A stretch of DNA of 64,000 nt from a virus. Taxonomy: Duplodnaviria; Heunggongvirae; Uroviricota; Caudoviricetes. The notes below the pieces were generated by a model that saw only the letters and a program-made list of their open reading frames with translations, was not told where the DNA came from and made no database searches. The stretch is from the IMG/VR virus record IMGVR_UViG_3300020045_008999, positions 160,001-224,000 of that record; one strand, 5' to 3'. Shown here piece by piece: positions 19,637 to 31,053 of this stretch. The position numbers were made by a program, and so were the translations under genes. Positions within the stretch are counted from its first letter, which is position 1. Each line of letters starts with the position of its first letter.

Positions 19637-19874
19637 CAGCGAACGCAGTGAGCTGCATATTAACATAGGTAAATTTTAACGTAGATTTTAACAGTTTTAA
19701 TTTGTATATGTCCTCAACTTTTACTACCTTTATGTTGGCACACTATAGTGTAGTACCAGAGTATAAGGTGCCAATATAAAGATACAAAATATAGTAATAC
19801 AAGTCAAGTGTTTTCTGTAAAAGTTATCAACGATGTTATCAACGATGTTATAAACAATCGCTCACTGCGTTCGC
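19637..19874. repeat. Intergenic element copy E5 with inverted core
   Basis: Perfect 15-bp terminal inverted repeat GCGAACGCAGTGAGC (19639-19653) / GCTCACTGCGTTCGC (19860-19874); IR arms 19728-19741 / 19768-19781; three 12-bp gttatcaacgat-type repeats 19823-19858. Confidence 0.9.
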
Positions 19875-19909
19875 GGCACCATCTAAATCCCCATTAGATC
19901 TATTCGAAT

Positions 19910-20596
19910 TTAATTTAATGGAATTTTCAACCAGGTCATGTTATTATACATTTCCAATTCACCGGATCCACCAGTGTACTCATTTACTAAATGATGAAGT
20001 GCCTTGGAATTGATCTGGATACGCATATAGACAGTATTGAACTCTGTGAAAGTTTCTTTGGTTGATGCCCACACAAATCCCTTAACGAATTCCTCCAGGT
20101 AAATAGTTGGAATTCTAGGTACTTCTAACTCATATTTATTCACCTGGAATCCATAATCCATCAAAGACCAAACCAAATGGAATGAAGTGATCAAACAAGT
20201 TCGGATATTCACATCCCGGACACCCTTCTTAATGACATATCCAGAATTGATAGCAGCACTTATATCACTCATAATAGGATCCGTAGTTTTCAAATGCAAA
20301 TTATATAACTTAGTAGTTATTTTAATATGACCACATGCCCATATCGATCCAAGGTAATAGGCCCGGGTAGAATCCATCTTATCAATTCGAAAGTATTCGG
20401 AATCCAAGCTTATAGTGCGGGAATCAGAAACAGTCTTACACTGAATCGAACAGTATTTTCTAGGCCTGGTCAATTCAAATCTATTGTCATATTTAAATGA
20501 CTTTTTACAATTGGAACAGATGCAATCCACCCATAATAATTCTTTATTTTTGACCGGGCGGCCTGGGCGTTTCTTATTACTCATAGTTGAATTCAT
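19910..20596 (-). CDS. Degenerate LAGLIDADG-like protein with N-terminal AT-hook-like motif and Cys4 zinc finger
   Basis: KRPGRPVK; CSNC...YCSIQC; AYYLGSIWACGHI and FVKGFVWAS resemble the two LAGLIDADG helices without the acidic residues. Confidence 0.55.
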   Translation of the reverse strand: MNSTMSNKKRPGRPVKNKELLWVDCICSNCKKSFKYDNRFELTRPRKYCSIQCKTVSDSRTISLDSEYFRIDKMDSTRAYYLGSIWACGHIKITTKLYNLHLKTTDPIMSDISAAINSGYVIKKGVRDVNIRTCLITSFHLVWSLMDYGFQVNKYELEVPRIPTIYLEEFVKGFVWASTKETFTEFNTVYMRIQINSKALHHLVNEYTGGSGELEMYNNMTWLKIPLN

Positions 20597-20622
20597 AGTT
20601 AATTTAATATGTTTAGTGATAT

Positions 20623-20658
20623 TAAATTAATTTTTAGGGTTGTCTAAAAATTAATTTA
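20623..20658. promoter_or_regulatory. 15-bp inverted repeat upstream of the LAGLIDADG-like gene
   Basis: taaattaatttttag / ctaaaaattaattta with a 6-nt loop. Confidence 0.55.
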
Positions 20659-20894
20659 GTTAAGTATAAATAATTTGTTTTTGAATCTAAACTTTTTAAT
20701 AGGTCAAATCCTACTTAGTTTAAGACTCTAATATTATTTCCATATTATCCCATATTATTATACATCACCTATCTATATATTCCGAAAACAAAACACATAA
20801 TTAATATACTCACTTTTCATGTACATTATCACACATATCTATACATTTCGACATATTTAAATGATTTGATTTATTTAATAAAACACATAATTAA

Positions 20895-20913
20895 TTGCTC
20901 ACTGCGTTCGCAA
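20895..20913 (-). repeat. Isolated G.A/GCA hairpin of the element family
   Basis: Bottom strand ttgc-ga-ac-GCA-gt-ga-gcaa. Confidence 0.75.
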
Positions 20914-21003
20914 CCCCATAGAATTGTATTTAAATCATCTTTCAGGTTGTTTTCAGGTTGATTTCATGTATGTATTATCTTTCATCTTTTATATCATTAA
21001 ATA

Positions 21004-21034
21004 GTTGTTATATTAAAAAGATTATATACCTTTG
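21004..21034 (+). promoter_or_regulatory. Bacteroidota sigma promoter
   Basis: GTTG-N19-TACCTTTG at the head of the plus-strand gene block. Confidence 0.7.
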
Positions 21035-24000
21035 GGATCTAAAAACAAACCATAGAAGATTGTCAGCGTTGAATATAATATGAAAATATGAAAATACCAT
21101 TATTAATAAAAGCATTTACTAGTCCATTTGTTCGTCCTATGATAATTTTTTATTTTGGAAAAACTGCCATAGGGACTCCTTACTTCTTTCCCCGCAATTG
21201 GGTAAAATATACCAAGCAAGACTGTATCGACCAAGCTACTAAATCTATGGGAAATTCTAATACAAATAGAACTTTTGATCAGTGGATTGATCATTATAAA
21301 AATTATTCCAAGGCAGTTCCAAAGCGGATAGGTTTTGATTTTGTGGATCTTGGGTGGAAGACGAAGTGGAGTAATACGGATTTTAGGCATGAGTTCAATC
21401 CACGTTTGAGTTTTGTATTTTTCGGATATCAAATAGCTGTAACCTTTGTACCATTGGATGATTGTCACTATTGGGAATGTTTTTTATATTATAATTTCGC
21501 TACAGATAAGACAAAGAGTCGTCAAGAGAGAATTATCCAAAGTAGAAATGAGTTTCCATGTGTTTGGACTAGACATAGTGATAATGGTAAAGAGACTATA
21601 AATTATTGGGATAAAATATTAAAAAAATAAAAATAAAAATACCATTTAATTTTATAATTATGAAACTAAAAGATTTAAAAGGCCCCGATAGTATATTCAC
21701 ATATAAGGGTGAGAGTACTAGTATTTACGATAAGACTTTTTAGTTATGGAATTTATGGATGACTTATTTGATTTTACGGATGAACCGTTGGTACCTATTG
21801 TGATGTCTAAGGATGCATTTGTGACTAAGACTAGGAAGTTATTATCTCATATTGATACTCTTTATGGTCAGGGTTGGCAGACTCGGGCATTGATTGAATC
21901 GGAATATCCGGATCAAAGTGTTTGTGATTTGTGTAAGGGTTGTGGCACATTTACTTTGGATGGTGTGGATGGTGTTGCCGCGGATTGTGTTGTAGATTAC
22001 GAAGATGGTCAGTGTGTGACTAGGTATTTTGATTCGGAAGAATTTGTGTTGAGTATAGAGGAATGTTTGGATGATCTTTACGAACTGCTGTTGGTTGACA
22101 CTATTAATTAAATAAAAGTATTTGAATATGGGACAACTGACAAGATTGATTGAATTATCATCGGATGACAACCAAGTGGTTGTGGGTAGATCTTATACGT
22201 GTATGGATTGTGATTGGTGTGGATTGGTATCGGAATGTGATTTTGATACTGAGTATGATGAATTCAAGGACATAGATAGAAGGTATCCAATATGTCCGGA
22301 GTGCGGTGGTGGATTAGAATGTTGATCTTGATAATAAATAACTAAATATAATATGGAAAATACTAAGACTGCTGCTATACGTAGTTTAACTGATGATGAA
22401 TTATTGAGTAATGCTTTGCGGTTTGCTTTTGACAAATGTCCTGATGAAAGTGGGGCTTTGGTTGATTTTCAGAAATACAAGAGTACCTTTTACGGGTGTA
22501 TGAAATGGATGCGTGATAACTATGAGCCGACCTGTGATGGGTTTCTGGGCGAGGTTGAATCGAAATAAATTATAAATTAGACTAGATTATGAAAAACACA
22601 AACCTACCATTGGATTCTTGTACTAAGGATTTCAAATACACTTTAAGGAGTAAAGAGGGTAAAATCATATTACAAGAAATCGTAACATTTGGTTCCATAG
22701 AAGCCGTTTCCGAAAAATTGGAAAGGTAACCCAATGATACTTATGGCGATTTCTGATTACAAGCACAATATGATATCAAATAATTTTGATATCTTGGTTG
22801 ATGAAAATTTAGAGTTTGACATATAATAGGTGCCTCCGACACATTTCGGATAATCCGCAAGCTTTTGCCTAGGGTAATTATACACTTATATAGGGTTGTG
22901 GGTGTTTAACTAAAGTATAAAATGAAAAAAGAATTAGAGGAAATTGCTGAAAAAGTACAAAAATTAGTTGATTATGAAGTTTCTAAAATTGAAAGAAAGG
23001 AAACTAAATGGAAAAATCAATATGAAAGTGTGATGAGTGAATTAGAAAGTGAATTGAAATATACTAATGAACTTATTGTGGACTCAAACGAAAATGGGTT
23101 AACTATTAGTTCGGTTGAGGCAGAGGGTTACAAGAGATGTTTAATCACGATGATAAATCGATTTCGCGATTTTGAAAAATACGAGTAACTAATAGCGAAT
23201 CATTATGAGAAATAAAATAACCAGAAAGGATAAGAAGAAGTTACGTGCTATAATGTTGTGTCATACTGGTAATGTGACGTGTCGTAAATCAACCTATAGT
23301 AAGGAAGAATGGTTAAAGATAAAAATCATGTATAGGGTTTGGCTGTCTTGTTTCACTATGGATGACAGAAGAATGGCCAATACCGTACGATGAATTACTT
23401 AATGAATTACAAATTATGAATTAACCCAACTATTGTATAGATAAAAATAGCAGTAGTTACAATACAGATTTTATTATGAAAGCACTATGCTTAATTATTT
23501 GGATGCTTATTTCGATGTTATTCGTATGTAGTATAATAGGACTAGTAATGTTTATACCCAAGGATAGCTGGCAGAATTACTCAAATACCCCATCTACTTG
23601 GTATTCGTTTGGTGAAAGGTTATTGGCGAGTGTTGTTGAATAAATACGAAATAAATACATATTATGAGTCCATCAAAAAATAAGGATTTGATCCGGGTTT
23701 TCTATTGAGGACATACTGTTTTAGATATGAGAGAGACATTTGAAGATTACACGAAACGATTACAAGAACGAAGAACCGAGGATGGGTATAGGTATACTGA
23801 CGAAGATTTCGAAAGGCACAAAGAGTACATTAAGATTTGTTATGAAACGGATTTAAGTGTTTATAAGTGTTTGGAATTTATGTGGTTCCAAGAGTATTCT
23901 AAATAGGGCTTTTCACTATAAAAAACCAAATAATATGCAAATTAAAGAGGAATTGATTGCTCGTATTAAATTAGAATTGGCTGAGGTATGCCAGTCTTAT

Positions 24001-25500
24001 GACCAAGATAATGTCAGTAGTTTTATGCGATGGATGAGAGTGGAATATGTCAATTACATGTTACTTTCCAGAGATGCTGCGATGGAAACCTTAGGGCGAC
24101 TAAGAGTAGTGTATGCGGGTTACATCCCGTTGATAGAAGTATTGGAACGCAACATCAATGGGTATGCGTCGCTTCAATGTTTTTATAGGGTTTCGTTGGA
24201 CTATATATCGGAACAAGAACAAGTATAACAAGTAAAAAACAAATATGGCATATCAAATTACAAATGAAAATGAAATAGTTTTCACCAATTCAAGACAAGA
24301 CCCAATCCGCAATATATGGAACAATCTTACTACTGTAAAGGGGCATTTAATCTATCGATTGAAGCGTGACCTAGACAAAGGGACACATTCAGTAGATGAA
24401 CAAGAGCAAATTAAAAAGAGAATAGTCGAAGTTAATAAAATGACCAAAAAGAGCATAATGCAAGCCTATGACATAAAACGCAAGCCCATGACATTGCTCG
24501 AAAAATTTGAGAAAATTGAGGTTAATCATGAAAATTATCTGGACGGTTTAGTAGGCGTAGCAGATAAGTTTGCTATTGATTTTGCGGATTGGGTTGAGAA
24601 GCTATCACCATCGCAGCGAACGTCTGTTTGGTCTAAGAATGGTGAGTATAGTGGATTATTCACCATGGATAATGAGCAACTTTTAGAGAAATACAAAAGG
24701 GAAAAGGGATTATAGCCCGGGTTAATTTAACAATAAACCGATTTAATATGAAAGTAATAGTAAAATACCAGGTTATAGATTCAAATAACTTAACCTACGG
24801 AATGTTTAAGTTGGGTGGGGAAATGATCGCAAACCCTCGAATAACGGACCAACAGGTACCTTTGGGTGGTGTTGCTTCGAATATTGGATGGTTAAGGCAA
24901 GATGTTCATAGGTGTACTGGTGATATAATGGAATTTCATCCAGAATATGATTCTATTGAATATGAATTAGTAGAAATGGATTACGACAGATGGTAATATG
25001 GCTTTATTAGTAAAATATGAAGATTTATTAAATATTTCGGCTGAGTTTTATGATTTGTTTAATCCAGAAATAGATACAGCCGAACATTATAATCTTAGAA
25101 TAGAATTGGCCAAATACGTAGCACACGCTACATATTCACACGATGTGGCTCACAATGAATGTGGGTTAACTTTTGAAAACTGGGCTAAAAAATACAAAAT
25201 AGTTTCTGATAAAATTTAAAAGTAAAAACTATGTTTAAAGTAAGTATTAAAAAAGCATTTATAATACACAATGTAAGCCGGTTTTGTAACAACGGATGGC
25301 GAAGATTTGATAGTATAAAAGAGGTAGAAAAGCAACATTCGTTTAATGCTTTGCCAAAAACTAATGAATACTACGATATTGTAGTAAGAGGTAAAATACA
25401 ATACCGTTATTATTATGGCGGATGTATTTCGTCAGATGGATGGGTTGAACAAAATGTAACTCATTTTAGATTATCATCCAGTTATAAGTTACCGAGGTGG

Positions 25501-25855
25501 TAACGTCCGGTTACTATACGAGGTTGTTGCCGAATTAAAAACCGACCACACAAACACAAACTAATACTTAAAATTATGACTGGTATTTCAAAAAATTCCG
25601 AATTGCAACAATCTTGTATAACCGCTGTTATGCCTCGTTTTTTTGTCGATGAGCGAAATGGATGTATAGCAATTAGAGATAGAAATCATCCCGATTTTGA
25701 TATTGACCATCAAGGACTAGATGCAGATTTACCCGATGTGGTAGATTTTAAAATGGGTGAGCAAATTAAATTTTCAAATTTTGTAACTTGGGATTTAGCC
25801 CCTGAAATAATTTTAGATTTTAATTCTCGTTGTGCTTTGTTAAATGAGGCATAAC
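25501..25855 (+). mobile_element. attC-like site plus gene cassette (ORF 25576..25854)
   Basis: Imperfect inverted repeat TAAC(25501)...GTTA(25627-25630); cassette ends GTTATGCCTCGTTT 25627-25640 and AAATGAGGCATAAC 25842-25855 are complementary. Confidence 0.65.
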
Positions 25856-26325
25856 TTGCTCATAGCATTCCAGTGAACGATGCAAGTTCAAGTAATATCA
25901 AATAAAGACTGATCAATGAACATAGAAACTATCTTTTGTGACAATTATTTCCCACCTACTTATATTTTCTGTTTGAAATGGAAAGATGGTAGTTATCAGA
26001 ATAGGACACAATATGTGTGTAATGAATCAAAGTCACCGTATGGTAAAGAATACGTTGGTGTATGGAATGTGACTTATAAGAAACTAAATCCTAATTATTA
26101 TTGTGATGGACAGCGTGATATATAAGAATCGTTTCAAATTTTGGTCTATACAAACCTTATTAAATAATTAATAATGAAACAAATGAGCAACTATTTCAGA
26201 CGACTATCTAACGTGTGGTTAGGGTCGACAATTTTAGGTAAAATATGCATTAGTATTATATTTCCAATTTGGTTACTTGCTGGATTTAATTCGGCATGGG
26301 ATGATTAACAGTTTTGTACTAATTA

Positions 26326-26357
26326 TTTGGTTATTGTACTGAAATGTATTACATTTG
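26326..26357 (+). promoter_or_regulatory. Bacteroidota sigma promoter
   Basis: TTTG-N20-TACATTTG. Confidence 0.7.
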
Positions 26358-28095
26358 TCTGGTATACTGATTTTAAATACTATATTGAAATCATAAAGAC
26401 GCGATTAATTAACGTCCATCGCTACAATTTCGACTTGTGGTAAAAAGCAAGGTGTTTCGGATGAGAAACAGTAATTAAAAATGAATTTATGGCAAATATC
26501 TATGATTTACACGACCATCCTTGCGTTAAAATTGAAAACATAATCCATATTACAATTTCGGCAACTAAAACAATGTGTGGTAAAGAGTGGATTTATTCGC
26601 CAACCATCGAAAGATTTAAAAGAACAAAAGTAAAAACATTAAAGTGGGTAAGTCCGGATAAAATTAATTGTCAAAAATGTATTGATGCTTATGGAAATGA
26701 AAAAGCAGTTGATTTTTAGAAAAAAAGCAGTTGATTTTTAAAACGATGGTTGTGACAATATCGCCTAACTATCTTATGTTAGTGGTATTAAAAAAATAAA
26801 TTATGAAAATATATCCAGTTGAAATACAAATTGGTCAGAGAGTTATTAAAAGTAATAGCTTTCAATCTTTTAGAGTTATTGACAAAATAAAAGAAACACC
26901 AAAAACAATAACATTTCTCGTAAAATATTATAAAGGTGATATACGTTGTCATGGTGATTTTATTGAAAAAGAAGTAACATTTAGAAAATCTACAATAGTT
27001 GAAAGTAGAGAAGATTTTATCGGGACTAAATTTAACCAATTATATAAAATAAAACCCGAAAGACTAAAAGATGTTATTAACCGAGGATTTGAATTGTATA
27101 GAGTAAAGGCAAAACAAACATATAGTTGGGGTGATGATGGTTTGAGAATTGGTGATTATATGTTTGCAATGTTTAATGGTATCAACTATGAGACCGAAAG
27201 TATATTAGATGATGGTACCGTTAATGTAATACCACCATCAAAAAATTCAGACAAACCTAAATTATCTGGTTGGAGTAATAATAATGGCGGATTCGAGGAT
27301 TTTTATGAAAAGATAGATATGAATATTATTTTAAACACTAATGAACCGTGTCCCACAACGGTGGGAAGCGATAGTGACAAGGATGTTAAATTCACTCTTA
27401 ATACTAAAGAGGTTAGAAAATATTTAGAAAGTAAAGGATTTAAAGGCCTTACTTTTTTCCAAGGTGGTAAGTTTATTTATGCGTTTATATCTATAAGAGC
27501 AAACGTAAATCACCAATGGAAAGAGAAAGATTATTCCACCTTTAATGAGAATGATAAAAATAGACTGTCTTTCTTAAATCAAAGCGATTGTAGTTATGAT
27601 GAATTCAAATACTATATTGAAAACCTAAACTAGGGATTCCTTAATTATACTATGTTAGTGGTATTTTAAAAAAATAAATTATGCTGAATAAATTTAAAAT
27701 TGAAATAATCGATAATCAAGTTGGCAATTTTTTCCAAATCAATCTATATAAGTGGAAGAAAGTTAATAAGTGGTTTCAAATAGCGAAATTTGACTGGTGT
27801 ATTGAGTTTAGACACATTTTGGGTAAAAATTATAGGTGTCCAGAGATTTCACAAAAACGAATAACCATTGAACAGTATTTCGAAAGAGAGGTCCAAGACG
27901 AATTAAATCGCGATGGCATAGAAGAAGTACATAGAATTATAATTGCTGCATCATAATGAGGCAGGTTTTTTAAATATACACTTAAATACAACACTAAATA
28001 CAAAGAGAGATTGGGTAAACCGGTCTCTCTTTTTCCGTTACTGATCATTTTCGATTCAATTTTGGGATTTTCCCCTATATAAAAACGGTTATTTG

Positions 28096-28127
28096 TTTGG
28101 TAATTTGGTTCAAATACACTACATTTG
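28096..28127 (+). promoter_or_regulatory. Bacteroidota sigma promoter
   Basis: TTTG-N20-TACATTTG; implies true start of ORF 28093 is the ATG at 28150. Confidence 0.7.
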
Positions 28128-28603
28128 TTTTATACTAAAAACCTCTATTATGGAAACGTTAGCATTTTTTAAGAAGTATTGTAAGTTAAAGGGACTTGAA
28201 ACCAAGTATGCATTTGGACATATCCATGGTGAGACTAAGAGTTTGGTTTTTATGAATGGCGAAACTACGGAACATTTGGAATACTTGGGAACCAATGTAC
28301 GGGATGGTATTTTGTATCGGGTATCACCGGCTACTTGTGGCTATGGTGAGGACGGGAGTAACAAGTGTACTATAGGCAAACCTAACCCGGCCTGTATGGG
28401 TGGTATTTATTCCAAAAATAAATGTGCTATTTATTTTCATACTCCGATTGATTTGGAAACGTTTCGATATGATTTGAATATGGAGGAGTTTCAATTACTG
28501 AGTCTCAACCATGAGTAGGAAGTAGTCGAAGAATTGTAGAAAATGGGGTATATTATCAAAATCGGAAGCGCATTGAATCAATTTACCGAATATTTGTTTA
28601 ATC

Positions 28604-29002
28604 ATGGACGTAGGGGAAATATATAATTTTTGCATCAAACACCATATTAGTAATTACACCATTAATTCAGATGGGTTTATAGATGTGATCGGGTCAGTTA
28701 TTTTAGGTACAGAAGATGGAATAGAAGATGGGCACCTACCAGATGGAATTCGTTTTGGGTATGTTAGTGAGAGTTTCAACTGTACGTGGGCTTCCCTGAC
28801 CTCACTTAATGGATGTCCTTTGGTGTTGGGTGGTATTTTTTGTTGTTACTATGGATTTATGGATTGGACGGATGAGAACTTTGATGTTCTGTATCGTTAT
28901 AACTATTCCCAGCTGAGAATTAATAGTAATTTCAAGTTGGGATATGATAGGTATTGTAAAATAAGGAAGCGTAGGGATATTATTAATGAATTGCTCCGGT
29001 GA
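28604..29002 (+). CDS. LRR family B protein
   Basis: ISNYTINSDGFIDV N-cap, degenerate repeat, tail RKRRDIINELLR. Confidence 0.85.
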   Translation: MDVGEIYNFCIKHHISNYTINSDGFIDVIGSVILGTEDGIEDGHLPDGIRFGYVSESFNCTWASLTSLNGCPLVLGGIFCCYYGFMDWTDENFDVLYRYNYSQLRINSNFKLGYDRYCKIRKRRDIINELLR

Positions 29003-29006
29003 TATA

Positions 29007-29038
29007 TTTGGAAAAATCGAATAAAATTATTACATTTG
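29007..29038 (+). promoter_or_regulatory. Bacteroidota sigma promoter
   Basis: TTTG-N20-TACATTTG. Confidence 0.7.
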
Positions 29039-29293
29039 AATACTAATCGTAAATTAAATACAAATGAAAACAGAAACTTCGAAAAATAATGATGCAAATC
29101 CGGATCGCTCAATGGATTCAGATCAAGCATTTATTGACATTAACTACACATTTAATGCAATTGCAAATCAAGACAAGAGTAATAGTTGGAAACTGGATGA
29201 ACTTAGACTAATACTAAATCAGTTACAGAAGACTCAATTTGAAAACGGCATAAAAGCTGGATTTAGAAAAGGGATTAAACTACTTACGGACCA

Positions 29294-29481
29294 GGACATA
29301 AACAACCTTTAAATAAAAGTAATATGGATATGAAAAATTTCATCACTGAGAAAATGAATTCTGGTGGATTGACCGTAGCAATATCCGGACATAAACAACC
29401 TTTAAACAAAAGTAATATGGATATGAAAAATTTCATCACTGAGAAAATGAATTCTGGTGGATTGACCGTAGCAATATCCGG
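29294..29481 (+). repeat. 93-bp tandem duplication covering leader and start of ORF 29324..29950
   Basis: 29294-29386 and 29387-29479 differ at one base; duplicates MDMKNFITEKMNSGGLTVAISG. Confidence 0.9.
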
Positions 29482-29950
29482 TCAGGTGGCTGCCTTATGC
29501 GATGAATATAGACTAATGAAATCATCGGATCACTGCAGTATTATCACTGGTGAATTTGGCCGTTTGGGAAGTTTAAACATTAAAGAACTTAGTGCTGATT
29601 GCCAAGAGCTTGTATTCAAATATGAGAGTGGATCATATGACTATGTATCGACCAGAACCAATTCATCTACAAATATACTCTGGACTGATTATCAAGACAT
29701 CGAACCTTACAACCGCCAGGGTGGGTTGTACGCAGACGGGGCCTCATTTAAAAGTTTGGGTGCGCCAGTTTTAGAAAAATCGGATTGCCGAGAATTTCAC
29801 GCTACGCATGTTTACCAGGGCAATATAAGTTTTGCGGTTTGGGGGTTTCGTTTTAATGATTTTTACAATTCCATAAATTTTGGCATTTGCATAAAAACGG
29901 ATCAGGTGGGTGTATTCATTACTCGTCTAAGACTTATTATAGGAAAGTAA
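29324..29950 (+). CDS. Hypothetical protein with duplicated N-terminus
   Basis: ORF track. Confidence 0.75.
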   Translation: MDMKNFITEKMNSGGLTVAISGHKQPLNKSNMDMKNFITEKMNSGGLTVAISGQVAALCDEYRLMKSSDHCSIITGEFGRLGSLNIKELSADCQELVFKYESGSYDYVSTRTNSSTNILWTDYQDIEPYNRQGGLYADGASFKSLGAPVLEKSDCREFHATHVYQGNISFAVWGFRFNDFYNSINFGICIKTDQVGVFITRLRLIIGK

Positions 29951-30229
29951 ATAATTCTTTAAAACCGGTAAATATGAGTTTATTAATGTATGCGAACAAC
30001 ATGGCCTTTTGGATATTAAAGTATCGAAAAGAGTTGACCACATTTGAGGAATTCAAATCGAGGTCTAAATTTACACTTACCAGTCAATGGAATGCTGCTA
30101 TGTTCACTACTATGGTTAATGATGGAATCAATGATGATTTGACTTCTATTGCTCAATGGGTGCAAAATAGTTTGGATAAGGATGGTCATGATGAATCGTA
30201 TTACATAAACGACTAAAAAATAAATACCA

Positions 30230-30616
30230 ATGTATAATGATTTGGTTATTGATTTTCTTGATAATAATGAGATCTCAAATTACGTGATTAATTTGGATGG
30301 CACTATCGATGTACATGGTAGGGTTATGTTATATTCTTATAGTGGTATTGAATTACCCTCTTATATACAATTCGGCAAAGTATTAGGAAATTTTTCATGT
30401 TCGTGTCTTAATATAACATCTTTGGTTGGGTTCCCACTACACATTGGTGGTTATTTGATGTGTTATTTCGGCAAGATAGCACCGAGTTATGAGAATTTTG
30501 AAATTTTACACCGGTATTCGGGTTGTTTGTATATTGAACCAGAATTAGATGTGTTGTACCAAAAATACTGTAGGATGAAAAAACGTATGGGTAGTATAGA
30601 TGAAATCATCTATTAA
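30230..30616 (+). CDS. LRR family B protein
   Basis: ISNYVINLDGTIDV, FGKVLGNFSC, tail KKRMGSIDEIIY. Confidence 0.85.
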   Translation: MYNDLVIDFLDNNEISNYVINLDGTIDVHGRVMLYSYSGIELPSYIQFGKVLGNFSCSCLNITSLVGFPLHIGGYLMCYFGKIAPSYENFEILHRYSGCLYIEPELDVLYQKYCRMKKRMGSIDEIIY

Positions 30617-30619
30617 CTA

Positions 30620-30651
30620 GTTGTAAATATGGGTTGAATATATTACATTTG
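30620..30651 (+). promoter_or_regulatory. Bacteroidota sigma promoter
   Basis: GTTG-N20-TACATTTG. Confidence 0.7.
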
Positions 30652-31053
30652 AACCCCAGCTAAACATAAATATGGATCCAAACAAGAAAATGATTTACGA
30701 TAAGGTTTATGCCCATCTGAATGCGGATGAATCAACTGCTAGTAAATTAATTGCGAGACACTTTCGCTATGCGTTATTAGATAAGGCGATAACTGATCAA
30801 GAGTATGATTATTACTTTAAGTCGGGTGATGATATTGCCTTGGTAATGAATAATAGGCATGTGTTATGTTTGGGTGACGGAATTGATTCATGTGCGTATA
30901 ACACTACTATTGAGTGTGATGTATGTAAATACAACAACACAGCTTTCCCTGGAGCATTGGATCCGGGTGCTACTAAAAATCGTTATAAATAAAACCATAA
31001 GATATATTCAGTCGAACCTTCTTTATCTGGAAATAATTGTAATTAAACGGTGA

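Larger units (their letters stand above)
21088..28518 (+). other. Block of small co-oriented hypothetical phage genes (e.g. 21088..21630, 21746..22111, 22122..22325 Cys4, 22353..22568, 22922..23188, 24245..24715, 24748..24996, 24998..25219, 25231..25503, 26489..26719, 26803..27633, 27681..27956, 28093..28518)
   Basis: Tightly packed plus-strand ORFs with A-rich leaders; no recognisable motifs. Confidence 0.7.

Noticed and set aside
26700-26740. 19-bp direct repeat aaaaagcagttgattttta; also short in-frame repeats near 46930 (DKS x3) and 56453 (TP x4)
   Set aside because: Simple local slippage with no evidence of function
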